The translations under genes were made by a program, and so were the position numbers. Positions 1-7,300 of a stretch of DNA of 52,527 nucleotides are shown one piece after another (the stretch's first letter is position 1; every line of letters begins with the position of its first letter). The notes under the pieces were generated by a model, which had not been told where the DNA came from, did no database searches, and saw nothing but the letters and a program-made list of their open reading frames with translations. This stretch comes from Kiritimatiellia bacterium (GTDB lineage Bacteria; Verrucomicrobiota; Kiritimatiellia; RFP12; UBA1067), in the NCBI GenBank assembly GCA_045545855.1, contig JAZQBR010000274.1, positions 1 to 52,527 of the forward strand. Reading direction: 5' to 3'.

Positions 1-421
1 TGAACTGGCCTTTCTTGACGTTCACGACAGCGCCGGTCTCGCCGGCGGCGACCACTAGATCTGTCTGGCGCGCGAGAAAGGCCGGTATCTGCTGCACGTC
101 GCAGACGGCCGCCGCGCGCGCGCACTGCCAGGGCTCGTGCACGTCGGTCAGAACGGGCACGCCGCATGTCTGGCGCACCTCGGCGAGCACGTCCAGCCCC
201 TCGTCCAGCCCCGGCCCGCGGTAGGAGTCGACGCTTGTGCGGTTCGCCTTGTCGAAGCTCGCCTTGAAGATGTAGGCGACGCCCAGCCTGGCCGCCAGCG
301 CCGAAAGGCGCTTGGCCAGATCAAGCGCCATGGCGCGCGACTCGATGACGCACGGGCCCGCGATCATCACGAGCCCGCCGCCCCCGAAGACGACTCCCTG
401 GTCAACCTTTACCTTCTTCAT
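1..421 (-). CDS. kdsA: 3-deoxy-8-phosphooctulonate (KDO-8-P) synthase, first ~140 codons; gene continues past the left window edge
   Basis: Absent from the ORF track because the window edge cuts it. Hand translation of the minus strand from ATG 421..419 gives MKKVKVDQGVVFGGGGLVMIAGPCVIESRAMALDLAKRLSALAARLGVAYIFKASFDKANRTSVDSYRGPGLDEGL..VLTDVHEPWQ..QQIPAFLARQTDLVVAAGETGAVVNVKKGQF. KdsA hallmarks present: AGPCVIES, FKASFDKANR, TDVHE, QIPAFL-RQTDL, N-KKGQF. AGAGGTG Shine-Dalgarno lies just upstream. Confidence 0.85.
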   Translation of the reverse strand, partial: MKKVKVDQGVVFGGGGLVMIAGPCVIESRAMALDLAKRLSALAARLGVAYIFKASFDKANRTSVDSYRGPGLDEGLDVLAEVRQTCGVPVLTDVHEPWQCARAAAVCDVQQIPAFLARQTDLVVAAGETGAVVNVKKGQF

Positions 422-476
422 TTCACCTCTTTCTCTGGAGCGCCGCCATGACGCCCCGCCACTCAATGTTTGCTAT

Positions 477-485
477 ATTATACCA
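477..485 (-). promoter_or_regulatory. extended -10 element TGGTATAAT upstream of kdsA
   Basis: Plus-strand ATTATACCA equals TGGTATAAT on the coding strand. It lies in the 93-nt gap between the cstA stop (515) and the kdsA start (421). The same 9-mer recurs in other intergenic gaps. Confidence 0.5.
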
Positions 486-514
486 CAAAAAGACGCGCCG
501 TGGGCGAAAAGACC

Positions 515-2209
515 TCATTTTCCTCTCATTTTGGCCGCACTTCGCACCGCAAAGAAGACCAGCACGACGGCGAGCGCCATCAAAAACCCCGTCGCGCCCC
601 CTCTCACCCAGTCGACCCGCTCGCCGGCGAGGCTCTTCCAAAAGAGCGTGCCGAGAGCTATAGACGATACGCACATCATGAAAGCCATCGGCAAAGCCGT
701 CATCCAGCAGGGCTTGCGGTTCTTGATAAACCAGAGCGTCGCCGCCAAAAGCGTGAGCGCCGCCAAAAGCTGGTTCGCCGACGCGAAAATCGTCCAAAGC
801 TGCTTCGAGGTCTGGGTCGCGCCGAGCAGGAGCCCCGCCGCGAGCAGCACGACAACGAGCGTGCCGACATACATGTTGCCGCAAAGCCCGGCGACGCCCG
901 ACGGCTTGCCGGCGGCCGCCGCGCCCTTGCCGGCCGGCGCGAAGAGCTCCTGCCAGCTGAAGCGCGCGAGCCTCGTGCCGGAGTCGATCGTAGTCATCAG
1001 AAACGCCGAAACCGACAGTAGCATGAACGATTCGGCGGCGCGCTGGGGTATGCCGATCTTCACGCAGAAGCCCGCTATGGTCGAGGCGAACATCTGCACG
1101 GGCTCCATGCTCTGTATCGCGCCCACGTAGTCCTTCTGCGTCGCGTACGTCCCGGCGACGCCAACAAGGGCTATGATCGCGAGAACACCTTCAAGAAGCA
1201 TGCCGCCGTAGCCGATCGGACGTATCGAGCGCTCGCTGTCCAGCTGCTTGGCGCTCGTCCCCGAAGCGACCAGCGCGTGAAAGCCCGAGCACGCGCCGCA
1301 CGCGACCGTAACGAAGAGGAACGGGAAGAGGTGGTCCACCGCGCCCGACTTGCCGACCGCCGCAAAGCCGGCGAAAGCGTCCGTGGTCAGCGCCGGATGC
1401 GCCACGAACACGCCAAGAAAACCGAACGCCATCATCGCGTAGAGCAGGTACGAGTTGAGATAGTCGCGCGGCTGCAGAAGTATCCAGACGGGACATGTCG
1501 ACGCTATGAAGCAGTAGGCGAGCAGCACGATCGTCCATACGACGCGCGTCGCCTCGGCCGAAAGGCCGAACAGCTTCACGAGGTCCAGCGGCAAAAGGCT
1601 CCCGAACCAGACCGACGCGAACATGAGCGGCACGAATACGAGCGAAGCGGCGAAGACCGGCATCTTCAGCCGGTTCACCGAAAGGCCGAAGGCGATGGCC
1701 TCGGCGATAAACAGGAGCGACGCCGTGGCTATCGCGGGGTCCGCGACGAACGTGACGGCGATCTGCCGCGAAAACTCGGCGACCACGAGCACGAGCGCCG
1801 ACCAGCTGAAGAGCAGGAAAAGCACTTTGCCGGGTCTGCCGAGTATGGTGCCTATGACAGAGCCTATCGACTCGCCGCCGTGCCTCACCGAGAGGAACAT
1901 CGAGATCATGTCGTGGGCCGCGCCTATGAACACGCAGCCGAGAATGATCCAAAGCGCGACCGAGGCCCAGCCGAACTCCGCAGCGAGAACGGGGCCGACG
2001 ATCGGCCCCGCGCCCGCGATTGACGCGAAGTGGTGGCCGAAGAGCACGGCCGGGTGGGCGGGGACGAAATCAACGCCGTCGCCGCGCGTGTGCGCAGGCG
2101 TCGGCACCGCCGGGTCGACGCCGAGCTTGCGCTCGATGAGCCTGGCGTAGACGAAATATCCCGCCAGGAACACGACGGTCGCGACTATCAGCAGCAAGGC
2201 ACCGTTCAT
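515..2209 (-). CDS. cstA: carbon starvation protein A family peptide/pyruvate transporter (564 aa)
   Basis: C-terminal 564 aa of ORF 515..3526, whose upstream part is read-through across the neighbouring gene. Start set at ATG 2209 (MNGALLLIVATVVFLAGYFVYARLIERKLGVD), preceded by GGAGTG. Polytopic membrane protein with CstA-like N-terminus HHFASIAGAGPIVGPVLA. Confidence 0.9.
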   Translation of the reverse strand: MNGALLLIVATVVFLAGYFVYARLIERKLGVDPAVPTPAHTRGDGVDFVPAHPAVLFGHHFASIAGAGPIVGPVLAAEFGWASVALWIILGCVFIGAAHDMISMFLSVRHGGESIGSVIGTILGRPGKVLFLLFSWSALVLVVAEFSRQIAVTFVADPAIATASLLFIAEAIAFGLSVNRLKMPVFAASLVFVPLMFASVWFGSLLPLDLVKLFGLSAEATRVVWTIVLLAYCFIASTCPVWILLQPRDYLNSYLLYAMMAFGFLGVFVAHPALTTDAFAGFAAVGKSGAVDHLFPFLFVTVACGACSGFHALVASGTSAKQLDSERSIRPIGYGGMLLEGVLAIIALVGVAGTYATQKDYVGAIQSMEPVQMFASTIAGFCVKIGIPQRAAESFMLLSVSAFLMTTIDSGTRLARFSWQELFAPAGKGAAAAGKPSGVAGLCGNMYVGTLVVVLLAAGLLLGATQTSKQLWTIFASANQLLAALTLLAATLWFIKNRKPCWMTALPMAFMMCVSSIALGTLFWKSLAGERVDWVRGGATGFLMALAVVLVFFAVRSAAKMRGK

Positions 2210-2217
2210 GGCTCGAT

Positions 2218-3561
2218 TCACTCCGCTCCGAGACAGATGCCGTTGGCCTTGATGTCGGCCGCGTCGATGGCGTATGCCGGGTCGATTTCGATCGGCAGCG
2301 TCTCGTCGACCGTCACGCCGCACTCCCCGAGCCAGCGGCGCCACTTGGCCTGCATGTCGGCCTTGCACGAGGCCGGCGAGTCGGCGCCCTCGGCGTTCTT
2401 GACCGGCGAGAACTCGTCCTTCTGGTCGAAGGCCAGAAAGGCCGCCGTCTTGGCGTTCGGCAGAATATCGAAGATGAACTTCTCGAACTTGTAGCCGTTC
2501 GGCTCCGCCGGCTTGACAACCTTGCCCTTGCCGTCCACGAAAGGTATCTTCTTGAACGCCAGGTGCAGCGGCATCTGGCGCGCGGCTTCGCGCTCCAGGA
2601 ACGCGCGGTCGAAGACGTGTATCGCCGGCGAACCGTAGAGGAAGTAGAGCTGGCCGTCCTTGCCGCGCCTGTTGCACTGCTCGTCGGTCATTTCGGTGTA
2701 TTCGACCATGCGGAAAGTCTTGCCGAAACGCATAGGCATGCCGACTTTCTCCTTGGGGTCGCGCTTCGCGCAGAGCTTGAGAGAGTAGTCCGACTTTTCC
2801 ATCACATGGTAGCCGACGAAAGCGGGGTCGGCGATTTCGACGAGCGGATTGTCGACCTGGAAGAAGAACACGCTCTTTATGCCGCGCTTCTTCATGTCGG
2901 CGAGCGCGCCGGAGCGCTTGAGGGCGGCGAGCAGCCCGCCGTGGCCGTCGGGGCTCATGAAGATGTGGCCGGGGGCGTCGAGTATTATCCTGCCGTCCTT
3001 CGTCATGCCGGGCCACATGCCCTGGGTGAAGAAGAAGACGTCCTTGGGGTTGAGGCCGAAGTAGTCGTTCTCCTCGAAGCACCTGACGGTCGCCTCGTTG
3101 TTGGCCTCGCTTGTCATGACGTAGAACGGGATGGTCGCGCCGTAGCGGATCGTCCTGGCGAGTATCTTGCGCGCGTGGAAGTAAAAGAGCGGCGCGCCGG
3201 TGATCGGGCCGATTGAATAGCAGCCCTTCGGCCCGTCGTAGCCGAGGCGCGAGCCCTGGCCGCCGGCGACGAGAAGCGCGGCGACGCGCCCGGCCTTGAG
3301 CTCCTTTTCGCCGGCCGCGACCGCATCGGCGAGCTTCTTGCCCTTGAGCACCGCCACCTTGGGGGCGGTTCCCTTGGAGCTGTCGGGCACTTCGGCGCCC
3401 TTCTCCAGCGCGGCCGCGCAGCGGGCGAGGCTCTTGGGGTCGAGCGTCGCTATCTGGGCGAGAAGCGCCTCGCGCTCCTTTTTGCCGAGTTTCTTCCAGT
3501 AAGCGAGCACGTGTTCCTGCCCGCACTTCTTCAGCAGCCCTTCGGCTTCTGTGTAGTTCAT
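2218..3561 (-). CDS. UDP-N-acetylhexosamine / UDP-sugar pyrophosphorylase, eukaryote-type UDPGP (UAP1-like) family (447 aa)
   Basis: ORF 2218..3798 trimmed to ATG 3561 (MNYTEAEGLLKKCGQEHVLAYWKKL). Motifs LLVAGGQGSRLGYDGPKGCY, VMTSEANNEAT, SPDGHGGLLAAL, FFFQVDNPL and EKFIFD are typical of the UDPGP family. The ATG overlaps the stop of the upstream acyltransferase gene (ATGA). Confidence 0.85.
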   Translation of the reverse strand: MNYTEAEGLLKKCGQEHVLAYWKKLGKKEREALLAQIATLDPKSLARCAAALEKGAEVPDSSKGTAPKVAVLKGKKLADAVAAGEKELKAGRVAALLVAGGQGSRLGYDGPKGCYSIGPITGAPLFYFHARKILARTIRYGATIPFYVMTSEANNEATVRCFEENDYFGLNPKDVFFFTQGMWPGMTKDGRIILDAPGHIFMSPDGHGGLLAALKRSGALADMKKRGIKSVFFFQVDNPLVEIADPAFVGYHVMEKSDYSLKLCAKRDPKEKVGMPMRFGKTFRMVEYTEMTDEQCNRRGKDGQLYFLYGSPAIHVFDRAFLEREAARQMPLHLAFKKIPFVDGKGKVVKPAEPNGYKFEKFIFDILPNAKTAAFLAFDQKDEFSPVKNAEGADSPASCKADMQAKWRRWLGECGVTVDETLPIEIDPAYAIDAADIKANGICLGAE

Positions 3562-4478
3562 CTTTGCGTAGCCTTTCTTTTTACGGGTTCGAGTATCCAG
3601 CGTTTGTTGTACCAAAACCACTGCTCGGGGTGGCGCCTCACGCGCTCGTCGAGGAGTTTCATCGCCTCGCGCGTGAGGCGGGCGGCCTCCTCGCGCTTGT
3701 CCGCCGCGCCCGGATCGGGCCGCAGGGTCGCGACATGGTCGAACACATGCCGCCCCTTCTCGCGGCGCATTGCGGCGACCACTATCGGCGAACCGCACTT
3801 GACGGCGAACATCGCCCCCGCGTGGGAGACGTTCGCCCTGCCGCCGAGAAAGTCCACCTCCACGTCGGGCTCCTTCACGCGCAGGTCGGGGAGTATCGCG
3901 AACGCGCGCCCCGACTCAAGCTTGGCCTTTATCTCCACGAGAGTGCGCGCGCTGCCGCGCTCGACGACCTCTATGTCGCAGTACTGGCGCTTCATCCACG
4001 CGTCGATTTTCGGGTTGCGCTGGCGCGCGGCTATCGCGAAAAGCGGCAGGCCGTATTTGGCCATCGACCATGCCGCCATGTACCAGTTGCCGGAGTGGGG
4101 CACCATTACGACCACCCCCCGCCCTTCGTCGACGTACGACTGGAGACGGTCCTTGTACGCCTTGCCGTCGATGACATGGCGGTCCATCCACTCGCGCGTG
4201 AGCTTCGGCGCGCGCATCATCTCGACGGCCGTTTCGAAGATGTTCGCGAGACTGCGCCACGCGATTCGCCTAAGCTCCTTCTCGGGCTTCTCCGGGAAAA
4301 CCTGCCTCAAGCGCGCCATGGTCCTGGCGCGCTTGAAACGCGCGACGCTGAACGCGCACCAGCCGAGGCCTGCGGCCATCGCCATCGCCAGACGGTATGG
4401 TATGAGATTGACGAAGCCGCACGCCGCGCGAATCGCCGCATACTCGAGGTTGACCGAGAGCTGTCCCTTCTCGGCCAT
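3558..4478 (-). CDS. lysophospholipid / lipid A biosynthesis acyltransferase (LpxL/HtrB family)
   Basis: 306-aa ORF with an N-terminal membrane anchor, the acyltransferase H-x4-[DE]-type motif region VPHSGNWYMAAW, and C-terminal HPEQWFWYNKRW typical of the HtrB/LpxL family. Confidence 0.8.
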   Translation of the reverse strand: MAEKGQLSVNLEYAAIRAACGFVNLIPYRLAMAMAAGLGWCAFSVARFKRARTMARLRQVFPEKPEKELRRIAWRSLANIFETAVEMMRAPKLTREWMDRHVIDGKAYKDRLQSYVDEGRGVVVMVPHSGNWYMAAWSMAKYGLPLFAIAARQRNPKIDAWMKRQYCDIEVVERGSARTLVEIKAKLESGRAFAILPDLRVKEPDVEVDFLGGRANVSHAGAMFAVKCGSPIVVAAMRREKGRHVFDHVATLRPDPGAADKREEAARLTREAMKLLDERVRRHPEQWFWYNKRWILEPVKRKATQR

Positions 4479-4481
4479 GCA

Positions 4482-5012
4482 CTACCTGGCTATGGACGAG
4501 ACTTTCTTCTGCGCCTCGGCGATGGCGCGGCAGACGGCGCGCGACGTGATTGTCGCGGCGGTAATCGCCTCGATGTCGCCGCCGTCCTTCTTTACCCTGA
4601 GGGCGCTGCCGTCGCGCCCGGCGAACTGGCCCGAAAACTCGGGGGTCGAGAGTTTCATGCCAAGGCCGGGCGTCTCGGCCGCGGCGAGAACCTTGTACGA
4701 GACCACGGTCTTGCGATCCCTCTCGAAGCCGACCATGAGCTCAACCGTCCCGCCGTATCCGTCGGGGTCGGCGCCCGAGACCGCGTAGCCGGCGGGCGCG
4801 CCGGAGGAGTCGAGCCCGACAAACGCCCTTTCGCCGGCGGGCTCTACCTTCGCGACGCCCTGCGGCATCACCTCGCCGGCCGCCTGGAGAGTCTTCTTGA
4901 CCTTCGTCTCGGCGATCGGCTTCTCTGTAAGATCGTTCACATAAGCCAGAACACCCGCGCAGACCGCCGATATGACGGTCAGACTTGCAACCAAACCAAG
5001 TATCTTCTTCAT
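4482..5012 (-). CDS. FMN-binding domain protein (RnfG/NqrC-like), membrane-anchored (176 aa)
   Basis: ORF 4482..5060 trimmed to ATG 5012 (MKKILGLVASLTVISAVCAGVLAY signal/anchor). Has GYGGTVELMVGF and the covalent-FMN threonine motif region AITAATITSRAV. No other rnf or nqr genes lie nearby. Confidence 0.7.
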   Translation of the reverse strand: MKKILGLVASLTVISAVCAGVLAYVNDLTEKPIAETKVKKTLQAAGEVMPQGVAKVEPAGERAFVGLDSSGAPAGYAVSGADPDGYGGTVELMVGFERDRKTVVSYKVLAAAETPGLGMKLSTPEFSGQFAGRDGSALRVKKDGGDIEAITAATITSRAVCRAIAEAQKKVSSIAR

Positions 5013-5048
5013 TGCTCTTGACTCCTTAGTTTTTACACAGATGTTTGT

Positions 5049-5057
5049 ATTATACCA
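5049..5057 (-). promoter_or_regulatory. extended -10 element TGGTATAAT upstream of the FMN-binding/acyltransferase/UAP/cstA gene string
   Basis: Plus-strand ATTATACCA, about 37 nt upstream of ATG 5012 and downstream of the corA stop (5108). Confidence 0.5.
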
Positions 5058-5107
5058 CAAGACGGACTTTCACGCCACATGGAGTTTCGGTTTTCGCCGT
5101 GCGGACG

Positions 5108-6058
5108 CTAGAACTTGCGCTTGCGGTAGAGTATGAACAGCACGAGGCCGATCACTCCCGTCGCGAGCGCGGCCACCGCCGTCAGCAGCCAGAATATCCC
5201 CGGCTCGCCCTGGCCGGAGACGAACGGCAGCTTGATGTTCATGCCGTAGGCCGAAGTTATGAGAGTGGGCACCGCCAGGAAGATCGTGACTACGGTCAGG
5301 TACTTCATGACGTTGTTCAAGTTGTTGTTGATGAGCGAAGCGAACGTATCGAGCGTGCCGTTGAGGATGTTCGCGTGTATGGTCGCCGTCTCGAGCGCCT
5401 GCTGGTACTCGACCATGGCGTCCTCGAGCTGGTCGCGGTCGTTCTCCGAGAGAGAGAGCTGCCGGGCCGTGTTCGCGCGGGCGAGCGCGATCGTGTCGGC
5501 CTTGAGCGACGTCGTGAAGTATACGAACGTCTTCTCGATCATCAAGAGCTTCAGCAGCACCTCGTTGGAGATCGACTCGTGCAGCTCCTCTTCGAGCGCG
5601 TTGGTGCGCTGGTGCACGTCGTGCAGATAGCGCAGAAACAGCACGCCCCCGTGCCACAGCAGGCGAAACGCGAAGCGGTACTGGTCGGCCGGCGGGCACA
5701 CGCGCCTGATCTGGTCGAGAAACGCCGTCGTGACCGGCGTCTTCGCGCTGCAGACGGTAACTACGGACTTGCCGAAGATTATGATGCCCAGAGGCACCGT
5801 CCTGTACGGCACGACCTCGTCGTCTTCCACGAGACACGGCACGTGGATGATCAGCATGTAAGAGTCGTCGTCGTAATCGAATCTCGGCCTCTCGTCCGTG
5901 TCGAGAGGGTCGGTGAGAAAGTCGCGCGGCACCTGCGAGAACGTAAGCACGCGCTCGAGCTCGGTCGTTGTCGGCTCCACGAGGTTGATCCAGCACGAGG
6001 GGGCGAAGTCGTTCGTCTCCTTGAGCCCGCCGTTCTCCCACTGGTAGATCGTTATCAT
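5108..6058 (-). CDS. corA: magnesium/cobalt transporter CorA
   Basis: 316-aa ORF with two C-terminal TM helices separated by the signature YGMNI (GMN motif) and a KRKF tail. Confidence 0.9.
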   Translation of the reverse strand: MITIYQWENGGLKETNDFAPSCWINLVEPTTTELERVLTFSQVPRDFLTDPLDTDERPRFDYDDDSYMLIIHVPCLVEDDEVVPYRTVPLGIIIFGKSVVTVCSAKTPVTTAFLDQIRRVCPPADQYRFAFRLLWHGGVLFLRYLHDVHQRTNALEEELHESISNEVLLKLLMIEKTFVYFTTSLKADTIALARANTARQLSLSENDRDQLEDAMVEYQQALETATIHANILNGTLDTFASLINNNLNNVMKYLTVVTIFLAVPTLITSAYGMNIKLPFVSGQGEPGIFWLLTAVAALATGVIGLVLFILYRKRKF

Positions 6059-6090
6059 CGCGCGCCTCCGCCACTATGGCCCTCTCGCCG

Positions 6091-7101
6091 TCACGCCATC
6101 TGGCCGAGAAACCTCACATCGTTCTCGTACAGCCAGCGGATGTCGGCTATGCCGTACTTTATCATGGCGATGCGCTCGACGCCGAAGCCGAACGCATAGC
6201 CCGTCACCGACTCGGGGTCGTAGCCGACGTGCCTGAACACCCGGGGGTCGACCATGCCCGCGCCGGCGACCTCGATCCAGCCGGACTGCTTGCAGACCGC
6301 GCACCCCTTGCCCTTGCAGACGTGGCACGTGAAGTCGACCTCGACCGAAGGCTCGGTGAACGGGAAGAAGTGCGGACGGAACCTTACCGTCACGCCGTCG
6401 CCCATCATCTCGCGGGCGAAATATGCGAGAACGCTCTTGAGGTCCGCGAGGCTCACCGGCTTGGTGTCGACATACAGCCCCTCGATCTGGTGGAAGTTCG
6501 CCGAATGGGTCGCGTCCGTCGTGTCGCGGCGGTACGTGCGCCCTGGGCAGATTACGCGGATCGGCGGCTTGTTGGCCATCATCGTGCGTATCTGCACGGG
6601 CGACGTCTGGGTTCTGAGCAGGCAGTCGTCGCCAAACCAGAAGGTGTCGCTGCGGTCCATCGACGGATGGTGGGCGGGGGTGTTGAGCGCCGTGAAGTTG
6701 TTGAAGCGGTTCTCGAGCTCCGGGCCGTCTGCGACCGTGAAGCCGAGGTGGCCGAATATCGCGGCAGACTCCTCGATGACGCGCGAGAGCGGGTGCTTGA
6801 CGCCCAGGCCCCGCCAGCGGCCCGGCAGAGACAAATCGGCGTCGACCGCCTTTTCGCCGGCCGAGCCCGCGCCCTTCGCGGCGAGCGCCGCTTCGACCTC
6901 CGCGCGCCAGGCCTGCACGGCCTTGCCAAACGCGGGGCGCTCCTCTTTCGGCACATCCTTCATGGCCTTGATCAGCGCAGGGATGGAGCCGTTGCGCCCG
7001 ACATATTTGACGCGAAGAGCCTCGATCGCGGCCGCGTCTGCCGCCGCCGCAATCTCCTGAAGGCTCGCCGCCTTAGCGTTCTCTAGTTCTGCAAGAGTCA
7101 T
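6091..7101 (-). CDS. pheS: phenylalanine--tRNA ligase alpha subunit
   Basis: 336-aa ORF with class II aaRS motifs LRTQTSPVQIR, FRPHFFPFTEPSVEVD and GFGVERIAMIKYGI. Confidence 0.95.
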   Translation of the reverse strand: MTLAELENAKAASLQEIAAAADAAAIEALRVKYVGRNGSIPALIKAMKDVPKEERPAFGKAVQAWRAEVEAALAAKGAGSAGEKAVDADLSLPGRWRGLGVKHPLSRVIEESAAIFGHLGFTVADGPELENRFNNFTALNTPAHHPSMDRSDTFWFGDDCLLRTQTSPVQIRTMMANKPPIRVICPGRTYRRDTTDATHSANFHQIEGLYVDTKPVSLADLKSVLAYFAREMMGDGVTVRFRPHFFPFTEPSVEVDFTCHVCKGKGCAVCKQSGWIEVAGAGMVDPRVFRHVGYDPESVTGYAFGFGVERIAMIKYGIADIRWLYENDVRFLGQMA

Positions 7102-7123
7102 TTGTCACCTCAGATTTTTGAAT

Positions 7124-7132
7124 ATTATACCA
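7124..7132 (-). promoter_or_regulatory. extended -10 element TGGTATAAT upstream of pheS
   Basis: Plus-strand ATTATACCA, with the -10 hexamer ending about 22 nt upstream of ATG 7101, which predicts a leader of only about 16 nt. Confidence 0.5.
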
Positions 7133-7133
7133 T

Positions 7134-7289
7134 TTATCTTGCGTCAGCGCTAGGGCGTTCTTCCGTCTTGCCGTCTTTGCCGCCGCCATCGGAGGCCTTG
7201 CGCCGCGCGGCCAATTCGTCCAGTATGCGACGGAACCGCGCGAGTTCCGCCTCGCGCGGTCCGCGCCGCTCGTACGCTCCATCGGACAT
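7134..7289 (-). CDS. possible small ORF (51 aa, charged/helical), speculative
   Basis: Hand-translated and below the ORF-track size cut-off: MSDGAYERRGPREAELARFRRILDELAARRKASDGGGKDGKTEERPSADAR. Third-position GC looks gene-like. No Shine-Dalgarno is present, and the TAA stop abuts the pheS -10 element. Confidence 0.15.
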   Translation of the reverse strand: MSDGAYERRGPREAELARFRRILDELAARRKASDGGGKDGKTEERPSADAR

Positions 7290-7300
7290 CGCCGAAACCG

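Noticed and set aside
2210-3526. N-terminal extensions of ORF-track entries: 515..3526, 2218..3798, 23882..25447, 25117..25776, 25715..27103, 27048..28262, 12305..14413, 18568..20436, 35288..37402.
   Set aside because: The extensions overlap the upstream gene in another frame and are Arg/Pro-rich junk. Internal ATG or GTG codons with an RBS and family-typical N-termini give proteins of normal length.
7102-7123. T-box or Phe-rich leader-peptide attenuator upstream of pheS.
   Set aside because: The predicted leader is only about 16 nt. The nearby 51-codon frame has a single Phe.
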